Below are positions 1 to 62,103 of a DNA stretch of 64,000 bases, in pieces. Below the pieces are notes generated by a model. That model saw nothing but the letters and a program-made list of their open reading frames with translations. It did no database searches and was not told the origin of the DNA. Origin of the DNA: the human T2T-CHM13v2.0 reference genome, Homo sapiens. Numbering within the stretch: position 1 is the stretch's first letter; every line of letters begins with the position of its first letter. The position numbers were made by a program, and so were the translations under genes. The DNA is taken from NCBI RefSeq assembly GCF_009914755.1, contig NC_060934.1. The stretch is one strand, 5' to 3'.

Positions 1-15
1 AAGGACCTTCCCCAC

Positions 16-358
16 TGGGTGCCATGGCTCATGCCTGTAATCCCAGAACTTTAGGAGGCTGAGGCAGGTGGATCGCTTCAGCCCAGGAGTTCAAGCCCAG
101 GCTGGGCAACTTAGGGAGACCCCATCTCTACAAAAAACTTAAAAACAAAAAACAAAAAACAAAAGCCGAGTGTGGTTGTGCACACCTGTAGTCTCAGATA
201 CTTGTAAGGCTGAGGTGGGAGGATCACTTAAGCCTGGGAAGTTAACACTGCAGTGAGCTGAGCATGTTAGGATGGGGCTGCGATAGCGCCACTGCATTCC
301 AGCCTGAGCAACAAAGCGAGACTCTGTCCCAAAATAAATATATAAATAAATAAAATAA
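16..358 (+). mobile_element. Alu (J-like)
   Basis: Dimeric Alu with A-rich tail; flanking repeat aaggaccttccc / aaggcccttccc. Confidence 0.85.
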
Positions 359-937
359 GGCCCTTCCCATCTGCCTGGGGCCATGGCTATTATAAGACAA
401 TGGCTTGAGCAACTGGTGAATGGCTGGGAAGTTATCAGCAGGCTGTAGGTCAGGATCTCAGGCCATCCTTCCTTCTTAGCTACTTGGAATGAATATTGAA
501 AGACACAGTTTCAGGGCCCCTCGGCCCTGTGACTCAGCCTTCACCTTTGCTCTGGTTTCTTATCGGTTAGAGAAATGGATGAAAAAGGTTTCCACCCACA
601 GAGCTGCTGTCCAGCTGGATTACTCAGTGGCTGAGAAGCATTTTACACAACATGAGGGCTTGGAAGAGGCTGTGTGTCAAATGTAGTTTTGGTAGCGGGA
701 GAGCCACACTTGTAGAAACAAAGCTGAGGTGTACACTTAGGTGCATTCACATGAAATGCCACCAACCAAGGTGGTAGAACTTTCTAAATTAGCTGCCTGT
801 GTTGGAGGTGGGATTATATGGAGCTGTTCATTTTATTCTTTTTTTTTTGTAAGTGTGCATATTTCAGATTAAACAGTACACATCAAGTGTTACCTTCCCA
901 CTGAGACTACGCTACGCCTCCCTAATTAAAACTCATC

Positions 938-1842
<905 letters not shown>

Positions 1843-3192
1843 CTCCATCTCTCTTTTTCTATGAGGATTGTCTTTTCAGAAACACAAATGCGTATATAAT
1901 TCATTGTAATTGAGAAGATAATGTACACACTGTCCAAATATTTTTTTCTTTCTCCCTGGCAGTACATCATGAGCTCTTTTCATATCATTACCTACAGATC
2001 GACTTTCTTTTTTAAAATACCTGCCCAGAATTCCATTGTGTGGAAGTACTGTAATTTGTTTCATTCTTCTCCTATCAAGGAAGGCTTTCCTAGGCTTTTG
2101 GATTAGAAACAATTCTACAGCTTTAAAGGTGATAAATATAATAGTTAATACATGAACCTGCGTGCCAGCCATGGTTCTAAGCACTTTATATATCCATTAA
2201 CTCTTTTAATCATGGTGACAGCCTTAGAAAGGAGATGCCATTACTGCCATTTTATAGATGAGAAACCACAGAGAATTAAGTTATCTGCCCCAGGTCACAA
2301 AGAAAATGACCAAGAAGAGCTTGAGCCCAACTAGTCTGAGCCAACATTCTTAACCTGTACTTTACATGTCATTTGTGATGTAGTTTATTGATCTGATGTC
2401 TTTCTATGAGATAAGCTGATGGTAGAATTACTAGGTGAAAGGGCATACATTTTATGATGTGTAGAGGGCAATAGGGACTTCTTTAAGAGACAGCGTCAAA
2501 TGTACATTTCCACAATTCACGTTGCATTTCTCACCGTTTCATCACTGGAATCTGATGCACGAGGAAAAGGCATGTCATTTAAATCTGCATTCTTAAGAAC
2601 TATAAGCAAAGTTGAATGTCTTTCCCTAATTGTAAATAACTTGCTTGTTTTGCTGTGAACTTTCAGCAAGCTCTGCCCTTGCTTTATTGGGTTATATTTT
2701 GTTTTTCATTGTTGTCTGAGTTTCTTATTAAAGAAATTAACTCTTAGCCTATCTGAGGGGGTTGATACTTTTTCCTCAACGTGTCTTTGTCTCTGGTATC
2801 TTTTCTGCGGGAAAATTTTTATTTTTATATAATCAAACTTGCCAACATTTCTGTTTATAGATTTTAGGTGTTATGTCTGTCTTGAGTCTTCCCCATGCCA
2901 AATTATAAGAGAAAATCTCTCCATACTTTTTCACCCCAACCATTCTTATTGTTTTCATTGTTTTATACTTAAGTCTTTGACCTATCTTCAGCTTATTTTT
3001 GTTGTAGGAGTAAGAGAGTAGACAGCTTAATGTATTCTCTCTGAATGGCTAGCCAGTTGTCTCAGTACGTTTATTTTAAGTGAAAAAATACCTATTTTGA
3101 TTTGAAATGCAATTTAGTACATGATAATAGCATCTACTGGGCATGTTTCAGGATGATTTTATTAAATAGGTTTGTCTATTCATGACCAATAG

Positions 3193-3550
<358 letters not shown>

Positions 3551-4942
3551 TAAATTTGGTAATGATTGCTGGTCTGCCACCTACCCAATTCCTGCTATTT
3601 TTCAAAATTGTTTCACTCTTTGTTAAGTTTTATTTTTTTCTGGATGTACTTTAGAATTAGCATTTTAGTTCCTAAGAAAGCCTTCATTAGGGTTGCATTA
3701 AATGTATAGATACCTTTAAGGTGACAGGAACCTTGAATATTTCAGGTATGTCTTTCCATTTTTCTAGCCGCCTTAGGTACTTCAGATCTAAACTTTTAAA
3801 ATATAGGTTTTACGCATTTATTCTTATATACACTATTGTGAATAGCATCTTTTTCATGACTTCTAAATCAGTTATTTGTATAAAATATAGGAAAGCTATT
3901 AACTCTCTGCATACCAATTTTAGTAACTGGCCACCTCCAAATTATCTCAGTAATTATAAAACTGAAACATACTAGTTACCTCTTATTTCCTTAGAGGGTT
4001 TTTAGAATTTCTCCTCTCAGCTCTTTTTTTAAATTTTGTTTTGTTTTTTAATTGGGAGATATGACCACAGATTTTTATGTCAGATCTGAATGTTGACCCC
4101 TTGGATTTTGAATCATTTTAAATAGCTTGGGTAGCTGAGAATAGCTTCCCTTGGGGGACAATCTACTGGGCTTTTTCCATATGATGCTTTTCTTTGACTG
4201 AGTTTTGTGAAGCAAGATCATTGTCTCAAATCACCTCATCTGTCATATCCCTAGTAGAAGAAAACTACTTATGATACAGAAAAGCAAACTAGTTTAAGAA
4301 ATGATTTTTTAAAAGCCCTTCATCCCAGGGCTCTGAGGAAATTGGGTGAAGGATCTTGCAACAGAACACACACCTGGTTCACGTTCATAGCATATAAAGG
4401 AAAAGGTTATCAGCTCTTTCCAGGTATGCTCATGATGCTAATGGTTTGTAATTTCATACTGGCCTTTTGTCATTACTTTTGGGTTTGTCTAGAAATACTG
4501 ACTCTGTAGTCAAGGACTGAGAGAGAGGTTTCCTAGGTTGAGGGTGGCAGGAATGTAGGAAAAATGATTTTAGAAGCTGGGTTAGAAATGGAAATCCCAG
4601 CTCAAAAAGCAAAACTTTCATATACAGCCTCGTAAATAACACACAGTTCCCTTTGGAGTCATTATAAGTTGTAAAGACTTTTGACATAGTCTCTAGGAGA
4701 GAGTAGGTAATTCCTAGTATGGAAGAATGTGTTAACTAATTGGGTGTAAGAACTTGAGGATGCTGGTCTCCTTTTTAATTAGCTTTCTATCACCATAGGA
4801 TGAGCCCATACATGCAAAAGAACACAGAAATCAATTAAATACAAATTAATGAAGGCAGATTTTTTTAAAGCTTATAATTGCAATTTATGTCTTATTATTG
4901 CACAAAAAAATAATAGTTCTCCAGGCCTAAAAGCAAAGGTAA

Positions 4943-5267
<325 letters not shown>

Positions 5268-7134
5268 AGTATGATTTATTTCTTGGCTGGACTTTCTACC
5301 TACTTATCCCATGTAGATAACTTCATTCCAACTCTTCTAAGCCTGGAGGAGTAGAAGGATCTTGAATAGTCCTTAATGTGTGTCAGAAATACACCCCTGT
5401 CACCAGCCACCATCCCTATCCAATACCTTACCAAAGTATTGATTAGGGAGCAATCCTCTCCAGATTGGCCTGAATGACTTCTTATGATCTAAGATTTGGG
5501 GGTTTAAGGGTGGGGTCTTTGTACTGCAGGGAAAATGAGTTAACTGAGAGTATATGGAATAAACAATTGTGACCTGGAAAACTGTTCATTTGCTCAACAA
5601 CCACTTGTTGAAAGTTTTTTATGTGCCAGGCATGGTGGGGGCATCAGAGACACAGCAGTAAACAAAATTAAAATCTCTGTTCCAAAGAGAACATCAGCTC
5701 AGTTGGCACAATGAGTGATAAGGAGCTAGGACTATTTCCCAGTGAACAGTGTCATGGAGAAGAGAACAAAGTCCATGACACTGACTGGAAAGGTAAAGAC
5801 AATATTCAATAAGGTGATCAGAAACAGTGAGCCTCCGAGGAAGTGACATTTGAGGTGAGGCCTGACCTATCAGCAATACACAACCATTTCAGATCTGGGG
5901 AAATGTTCCAGGCAAAGAGAAGAGCAAATACAGAGGCTTCCAGATGGGAACAGACTTCGAATAGGGTTTGAGTGGGATATATACATAGGAAAAATACAAT
6001 CTTTTAAAAGATAGAGACTATCAAAAGAAAATGATTTTTAGCCAATAGGGATAGTATGAAAGATTCATAGCAATAAACATAGTTGACCAAAAATTTAAAT
6101 ATTAGAGTAGAAGGAGCCATTTAGGACATTTATCCAAAGAAAAGGAGACTAAATGAAGACATGCTGCCCCAAGTCCACAAAAGGAAAAAAATCCGAAGCT
6201 GAATATGGGGTGATCATAACCTAGACACCAAGAATGGTCCAGGAAGCATGCACAGAGGTGTGAAGGCAGAAGGCGTCCTTCAGCTAACTTGGGAATAAAA
6301 CATGTTAGGAGCCAGGAGATGAGTGACTGTGGCTCCAGTCATCCATCCACAGGAGAGGGGAAGGCCCTGGAGTGGATCAAGGACAAGGATGGTGGACAAA
6401 TGGGCATCCTGGGGTCTGAGGCCAAGGCATGTCACCATCACCACGTCAAAAAGTGGAGTAAGCCTTTTGACATGGGACATCCTGGTGTGTACTGGGGCTT
6501 GTTCAGCTATTTGTATATTACGTGAAACAGGAAATCCCAGACACAGCATGACAGAGCCCTCTTTCCTCTTTTCTTTACCACTATTGTGCTTTTCCCTACC
6601 GTAACCAGGAGTGATGTTAAAAGGAAGAGGAAATGCCAGTCACGCCCACTGCTTACAGGGGATTCTGTGGAGTGACTAAACCAGAGCTGTAGTTTGAGTC
6701 ACACAGGACGTGTGACAAAAGGAGGGTGACTTTTTTCCCCCTTGTTTCTTTGAACTTACTTGGAAGTGTTAACAGATTCTAATGGTTAGAATGGTAAACA
6801 GAGCTTCCTACTCCTGTCGTGGTTTGACCCAGGAGTCTCACCTTCTCTCAGGCCCTTAGTTTCTTCCACTTAAACAGTGAGAGAGTTACATGATATGGTT
6901 GCAAATCCTCTCAGCGCTAATCTTGTAAGGTTAAAAATGTTTGAGTGTATTGGGCATTAAAAAGGAGACTATACACCAGGCACAGTGGCTCACGCCTGTA
7001 ATCCCAGCACTTTGGGAGGCTGAGGTAGGAAGATCACTTGAGCCCAGCAGTTCAGAACCAGCCTGGGCAACATAGTGAGACACCATATCTAAAATAAAAT
7101 TGTTAATTGTAAAAAAATAAAAATAAAAAAGAGA

Positions 7135-7682
7135 TTATCAAGATAGTAAAAAGACAACCTACAGAATGGAAGAAAATATTGCAAATCATATCTCTGATAA
7201 GTGTTGTGTGTATATATATATATGACCTAATTTTTAAATGGGCAAAAGACTTGAGTAGACATTTCTTCAAAAAAGAAATACAAATGGCCAAGAAGCACAT
7301 AAAAAAATGCTCAACATCCTTAGTCATTAGAGAAATGCAAATCAAACCCACAATGAGGTACCATTTCACACCTACTAGAATGGCTATTTAAACAGACAAA
7401 GAGAAAGTAGCAGTGTTAGGGAGAAGGGAAAGAAATTGGAACCCTCTTACATTGCTGGTTGGATATAAAATGGTGCAGCTACTGTGGAAAACACTTTGGT
7501 GGTTCCGCAAAAAGTTAAATATAAAATTCGCATTGACTCAGCAATTTCTCTCCTAGGTCTACACCCTAAAGAACTGGAAAAAGATATTCAAACAAAAACT
7601 GTATAGAAATGCTCGTAATAGCTTTGTTCACAATATCAAAAGTAGAAACAACCCAGATATTCATCAACTGGTAGATAGATAA

Positions 7683-7723
<41 letters not shown>

Positions 7724-8105
7724 GTGTAGTCTATCCATACAATGGGATAACATTGAGCCATAAAAAGAAACGAAGTACAGACATACTACCCCATCAATGA
7801 ATCTTAAAAATTATACTATGTAAAAGAAGTCAGACACAAAAAGTCACATATATGGTTTCATTTATATGAAATATTTAGAATAGATAAATCCATAGCAACA
7901 GAAAGCAGCCTAATCCTTTCTCTAGAGGCTGGGCATTGAAGGGTTTGTTAATGGGTTCAGGGTTTCGTATTTTATGGTGATGAAAATGTTTTGGAACTAA
8001 ATAGATGTAATGGTTGCACAACATTGTGAATGTACTAAATACTGCCCGATTGTACATTTTAAAGTGGTTAATTCTACATTATGTAAATTGTATCTCAATT
8101 TTTTT
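7135..8105 (+). mobile_element. L1M (L1MB-like) 3' fragment, preceded by an Alu monomer (about 6976-7130) and followed by AluS (8119-8406)
   Basis: Decayed ORF2 C-terminus ([50 protein letters not shown]) and L1M 3'UTR motifs. Confidence 0.85.
7672..7722 (+). repeat. (TAGA)n tetranucleotide microsatellite
   Basis: About 12 TAGA units with one interruption. Confidence 0.95.
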
Positions 8106-8106
8106 A

Positions 8107-8235
<129 letters not shown>

Positions 8236-9059
8236 CTACTAAAAATGCAAAGTTAGTTGCGCATGGTGGCAGGCACCTGCTACTCAGGAGGCTGAGACAG
8301 GAGAATCGCCTGAACCTGGGAGGCAGAGGTTGCAATCAGCCGAGATCATACCACTGCACTCCAGCTGGGCAGCAGAGCCAGACTGTGCCTCAAAAAAAAA
8401 AAAAAATTGAGGAAGGAACCATGTGAAATTCTGTGCACCTCCTACTTGAGTTGGATACCTGGTCAGTGGTAGCAAACTAAGCAAGCTATTTCCATTGACA
8501 AATACAAATAAATCCTTCCTTCATTGTCTTCCTCAAATAAAATCCCTTGCCAATATAGGCAAGGTATTTTCATTCTCATGAAACTGTGGCTTTGAAATGT
8601 GTAAATATCTCCCTTGTTTGTAATGAAGTGGTCAGTCTCGTTCTGTTTGTGGGCAATATGATTGAAGTCTGTCTCAAAGGAGTAGTCAAACATTAACAGA
8701 CCGTGATCCAAATTAAACTATGAAATGTGTTCTTGTTTATCCCATGCCAGACTCTTAAAAACGGTTGTTAGTTAAAATTGAGGTTTCAAAAAATGCAGTC
8801 TTCTGGATTATCTAGGGAGGGGGCAGAATTCTGACAATCTGTGACCCATAGTATTGTTACTATATGGTAACAATCACCTGAGATTGACAGCAGGTGCCCC
8901 CTTGAGACGCCATAGATTCTCTGTCCCTTTTCTCCCATATGTATTACCAGTCAGGTTATTCACTCTTCTTCCTGACCCCACCCCCATATCACCACAACTG
9001 AACAGAAATTCAACTTTTAGACTCTGATTCAAAGACATTGTTTGCAAAGTCTCCTATTA

Positions 9060-9958
<899 letters not shown>

Positions 9959-11823
9959 CCAGTCTTGTCACAATATCCCAGCCTGAAGGGAGTGGCTGGT
10001 GGCAGACTGGATGGGAGAGCACAAAACAGGCACGGGCTTCTCCTCCCCTTTGGTACTGCCACCTGCTTTTTCAATTTTACAGTCTTCCCTGAGGCAGTCC
10101 TCCCTTCTCTGCCTGGGCTTTATGGCTAGTTTTTGAATGCTTTTGCCTCCTGGAGTACCTCATCATACAAGTCCAAGTAAGGCTGAATTCCAAAAATCCC
10201 AACTCTCAGAATCCTGCCAGGTGGTCACAATAGCACCCTTGTTTTTATGTAACCTAGCACCCATGGGACCTGGCTTTTATTTTTGTTTTTACTTATTTTT
10301 CTCCCCCTAAATGCAATATGGAAAGAACCAAGGAGTTGAGGACTATTATCCCAGTTTCTGGAAGTTCAGTTTTCTCCTCTAAAATGGAAAGGGACTCTCC
10401 AAAATCAGGTAATAACTAATCGAGAGGCAGAAAGATAGTAAGAGTGGCCCAGGGTTTCTTGTGACTGTTCCTGCCCCCACACAAAATTCCTGCACCTTGT
10501 GGCCTTTCTTAGACTAGAGTGAAGTGTGTTTCCATTGTTAAAGATGGTTCCAGGTGGCAGCTAATGGCAGCTGTCCAAAGCTCTAAGGGCAACTGTGATC
10601 TTGATCTGATCCAACTTTTAATTGAGCTTGCTTTGTTCTTTTGATTTTCAGTGGGCATGTGTGGCCTCATCTCTGAGCTATTGTTTCATCAGGCATTGCA
10701 GTAAACTTTGAAGAATGCAAATTCTGAACTTCATTTGCTGTCACCTGGAAGGTGCTAGACAAATTCAATCCCCTTGAATTCTGTGACTAGAACCTATAAG
10801 AAAAAATGAATTGTCGTTTTGTAGGTTTTCATAGAGAAGTAGCAATAGGGAATGATGGGTGAATTTGGACAAGTCACTTTATCCCAAAGCGTCCATTTGC
10901 TCTTCTGTGAAATACTACTTTATAGTGTTGTTTGGCCTAAATTAAACAAACCATGCAAAAAGCCCAGCCCTGTGCCTGGCATACAGTGAGTGCTCATGTG
11001 TTTGCTGCTATTATATTCTCCTAATCCAGTTTGAAAGCTGTGAGGCAGCAACTTTCCAGGAAAAGATGGCTTCAGCCAAGGGTATGTTCCTAGGACCTAC
11101 CCTAAAGTTAGTCTCTCCTATTAGAGTAGTTTGAAGCTGAACTTGGCTGAAAACTATAAGAAAGGCTGGTTTAGGGGAAGCCTTTGTTACTTTTAGTTTC
11201 TTGAGATCTCTTCTTGACCTAACTCTTCAATGCTCACCACGTGTCATCCATTCTCCAGCACTGTTTCTGTGTACCTGACTGACAGTTTGCCTCACAGTAA
11301 AATGATTCCTCTGGGCTCCCTAGGTGAAAGGATGTTGGGCATAGCAAGTTGTAATGCTGTTGATCTCAGAAATCCTTCCGATGCTCCAAAAAATAAAGCA
11401 ATGAGCAAGACATGTCTAGCCAGCAGGAAATATCCTTCATACAAAATGGTTAATTTCTAAAACCTGTGGCATCACCTTGACAGATCTCTTCTGTTTGGTT
11501 TATACGGGGGAATCCAACTGGAAGAGTCCTTCCTGACCCTTGGTCTGCCTGGGCAGAGGAGGTACTGTCCTCTGACCATCAGATTATGTTGGGTCTAGCA
11601 GGCTGCCTTCTTCCAGGCTTTGTGCACCAACATTAAAAAGGCAGTCATTTCTCAAAATTGTTTGGGAAATGATTAACTTGTTTCCTTTGATCCTCCCTGC
11701 TCTGTGTGAGGACAGTCAAGTAGCAGGGGTGGAGAATGTGTTCTATTATTTTCAACAGTGCTAAGTAAACACTGGGGGAAATTCTGCCACTAGAGAGGTA
11801 CAACTGTGTTTGAGGGTTTGAAG

Positions 11824-11861
11824 GCGTGCGCGCGTGTGTGTGTGTATGTGTGTGTGTGTGT
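11824..11861 (+). repeat. (CG)/(TG)n alternating purine-pyrimidine tract
   Basis: gcgtgcgcgcgtgtgtgtgtgtatgtgtgtgtgtgtgt. Confidence 0.95.
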
Positions 11862-11970
11862 CCTTCTGAAAACATAGAGCTATTGAGTACAAAAATATGG
11901 CCATTTCCTCTAAATTTTCTTTCCCCTGTTTTTTTTTTAAGGTCTGAATTTCCTGCTGCTGTTCACAAAG

Positions 11971-44038
<32,068 letters not shown>

Positions 44039-45038
44039 GATAAGGTACTTAAGTACCTGCCGGCCCACTGTGCACTGCTTGTGAGAAAATGGATTAAAAA
44101 CTATTCTTACATTTGTTTTGCCTTTCCTCCTATTTTTTTTTAACCTGTTAAACTCTAAAGCCATAGCTTTTGTTTTATATTGAGACATATAATGTGTAAA
44201 CTTAGTTCCCAAATAAATCAATCCTGTCTTTCCCATCTTCGATGTTGCTAATATTAAGGCTTCAGGGCTACTTTTATCAACATGCCTGTCTTCAAGATCC
44301 CAGTTTATGTTCTGTGTCCTTCCTCATGATTTCCAACCTTAATACTATTAGTAACCACAAGTTCAAGGGTCAAAGGGACCCTCTGTGCCTTCTTCTTTGT
44401 TTTGTGATAAACATAACTTGCCAACAGTCTCTATGCTTATTTACATCTTCTACTGTTCAAACTAAGAGATTTTTAAATTCTGAAAAACTGCTTACAATTC
44501 ATGTTTTCTAGCCACTCCACAAACCACTAAAATTTTAGTTTTAGCCTATCACTCATGTCAATCATATCTATGAGACAAATGTCTCCGATGCTCTTCTGCG
44601 TAAATTAAATTGTGTACTGAAGGGAAAAGTTTGATCATACCAAACATTTCCTAAACTCTCTAGTTAGATATCTGACTTGGGAGTATTAAAAATTGGGTCT
44701 ATGACATACTGTCCAAAAGGAATGCTGTTCTTAAAGCATTATTTACAGTAGGAACTGGGGAGTAAATCTGTTCCCTACAGTTTGCTGCTGAGCTGGAAGC
44801 TGTGGGGGAAGGAGTTGACAGGTGGGCCCAGTGAACTTTTCCAGTAAATGAAGCAAGCACTGAATAAAAACCTCCTGAACTGGGAACAAAGATCTACAGG
44901 CAAGCAAGATGCCCACACAACAGGCTTATTTTCTGTGAAGGAACCAACTGATCTCCCCCACCCTTGGATTAGAGTTCCTGCTCTACCTTACCCACAGATA
45001 ACACATGTTGTTTCTACTTGTAAATGTAAAGTCTTTAA

Positions 45039-45080
45039 AATAAACTATTACAGATACTTACGTTGTGGTGTTTCTTTCCT
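45039..45080 (+). terminator. ACSL5: ACSL5 main polyadenylation signal (3'UTR about 44039-45060)
   Basis: AATAAA at 45039-45044, upstream TGTA motifs and a downstream GT/T-rich element (cgttgtggtgtttcttt). Further AATAAA at 44212 and 44863. Confidence 0.8.
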
Positions 45081-45197
45081 CATGGACCATGATGAAAATC
45101 AGTCTTAAACAAGGACCCCTTAAAAATCAAGTACAGTATCTGTTCTTAAACTTGGGTACACAATAGAATTATCTAGGAAGTTTAAAAAGACACTAAT

Positions 45198-45480
45198 GCC
45201 CAGCACTTTGGGAGGCCGAGGCGGACGGATCATGAGGTCAGGAGACCGAGAACATCCTGGCTACTATGGTGAAACCCCATCTCTACTAAAAATACAAAAA
45301 ACTAGCTGGGCGTGGTGGCGGGCACCTGTAGTCCCAGCTACTCAGAAGATTGAGGCAGGAGAATGGCATGAACCCGAGAGGCGGAGCTTGCAGCGAGCCG
45401 AGATCGCACCACTGCATTCCAGCCTGGGTGAAAGTGTGAGACTCTGTCTCAAAAAAAAAAACAAAAACAAAACAAAAAAA
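45198..45480 (+). mobile_element. AluY-like element inserted in a MER5-like fossil just past the ACSL5 poly(A) site
   Basis: cactaatgcc duplicated on both sides. Confidence 0.8.
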
Positions 45481-46449
45481 CCACTAATGCCTGGTTGCCA
45501 CTCCAGGGATTCTGGCTTAAATGGCCGGATACAGCCTGGGCACTGGGATTGTTAAGAAGACCCACAGATGATTCTAGTCTGCGAACAGGTTAGTGAAGAA
45601 AAGTAAGTTCTGAAGACCAAACCTTCTTATCCCATAGCTGTAAAGAATAAAACAAATACCAGCTGAGCCAAAACTCCAACTGAGCACAAGTCATATCCAT
45701 TCTTTTACCATCTTTGTTGTACTCTAATTATAATCTTGAATATTAATAGTATTCTTTTCTGGCCTCCAACTGGAGTTAAAGAGAATGTTCTTGGATGGTC
45801 TTTCTAGATTTTGAGCCCAGAAAAGCCAAAGAAATATCTATTCTTAAGGATCTGAAACAAAAGGGTAGGCAGGAATTAACTTTTAAAGTCTAGCTCCCAT
45901 TATCACTTTAACTTTCTCGCCTTCACTTCCTTTCCTATTCTCCCCTCACGCATTACAGCTGAACCTCACTAGTTACCTTCCTGTTTCTCAAACGTGTCAG
46001 ACACAGGTCCAGCCTGTTTTTGTTCTTGCTGCTGTCTCTAAAATGCAAATATCCCAAAGCACATGACTTGTCCCCTCATCTGCTTCAAATGCCAACTCAA
46101 GACTGTCCTACCTTCTTGCTTCACAATAACATGACTCCATCTTACATATATTTTACCTGTCTGTTCACTGCTGAATTCCCAAGTGCTCTTCCCTTATCCT
46201 CAACTATTACAGGCCTGGCCCCCAAAGCTTCACATTCCCTGCCTTGGAAAGGTTTCTGAAGTCCAGAGAAATAGGCTTTCTCTTTCCTTCTGTGATTCCA
46301 CTGTTATGTTTAGACAAGCCCAATTTAAGCATCCAAGCCCACCAGCTTGGATCCTACCACTCACACAAGCTTCAGCTTTTTACTCAAGGGTACATGAGTA
46401 GTTTGATATCACTATGTTTAAAGTCTAGAACACTACTGCCACGGGATCC

Positions 46450-46804
46450 TTGGGGTGTTGCTTCCCCAGCTGGAATCCTCTGTGGCTGGCAGCCCAAAGT
46501 CCAGAGGGGGCCTAGGCGGCAGGGCGCTGGTGTCAGCACCACTCAGAGCTCACGTACACCTGGCCAGGTCCTCACAGCACCCGGGCTTGGCCTCACCTTT
46601 GCTCCAGAGCGAGTGCCAGGAGCAGGAAGAGGCCAAGCAGTTGTTGGGGGGGGGGTGTGGGGGGGGTATTTCCCCTCGGCCCCCTAGAGCACAAGGATGC
46701 CCGGGTCCGCAGCCACGGCTGGACAGCTGTAGCTACGCTTGGCTCCTGCCTATCACGGCTCCCCCTCAACACCCCTCAGGCCACCACTGCCATCCGCTGC
46801 CATC
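46450..46804 (-). mobile_element. MER52-like (ERV1) LTR fragment between the convergent 3' ends
   Basis: GC-rich; motifs cccgggcttggcctcacctttgctcc and gatgcccgggtccgcagcc; minus strand starts TGATGGCAGCGG. Confidence 0.7.
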
Positions 46805-46939
46805 ACTATGACCGCAATATCCCATTAATAGGGTTAATATCTTGAAGCAAGTGTGTCATGTCTTAAGCCACGTTTTAAGATGCCAGTTGTCCACAGGGCA
46901 GCAGAGCAGTTTTTCCATAAGGAACTAAGATGAACCTTT

Positions 46940-47006
46940 TTAGTCAGCAAAAAGAAAAATGCTTTAAGTAAAAACTGATTATACCCAACATCCATTGATC
47001 TTTATT
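46940..47006 (-). terminator. ZDHHC6: ZDHHC6 polyadenylation signal (3'UTR about 46983-47482)
   Basis: TTTATT at 47001-47006 (AATAAA on minus), followed on minus by T-rich downstream sequence. Confidence 0.8.
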
Positions 47007-47482
47007 TGATTTGACAAAATCTGCATTTTTAAAAGACAGGTAACAAAATCTGAGGTTATACTGAATCTGACAAATTGAGTTCTATAGTATCTAGAATATC
47101 ATATAAGAAATATCAACTGAGGGAAAAGAGAAGTACCACATGCAGATGCTCCTGGCAAGGGGGGAACTGTATCTGCAGGTGAGGTCCAGAGTGTGCAGTG
47201 CATAAGAAAATCCTACAGAAAATGCCGTTAACTTACTTGGATGAAATGTTTTTCCTTTGAGGGGGAGGAAGAGGTGGTAAAGAGGGGCAGGAATTCAAAG
47301 GCATATGCAGAATGGCTTCTCCATTTCAAAATGGTAATAAAAATATTTAAATCATGGCACTAGGGCACCTTTGAGGAAAAGAACATCTTAACCAGAGTAG
47401 GCTCATTGCATAATTCTTTAGTAATATGTACAATTTTCAAGTAATTAAGCAGACTTAAAGGATAATTTTGTTTTAACAGCAG

Positions 47483-62103
<14,621 letters not shown>

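Noticed and set aside
7103-7391. ORFs resembling L1 ORF2
   Set aside because: Short decayed fragment of an old L1, not an active element
10543-10562. CTCF-like CCAGGTGGCAG (and CCAGATGGCAG near 59848)
   Set aside because: The 5' part of the core is mismatched; too weak to call
46244-46845. GC-rich block with 118-147 aa ORFs, initially suggesting a small intergenic gene or CpG island
   Set aside because: Explained by a MER52-like LTR fragment; high GC suppresses stop codons
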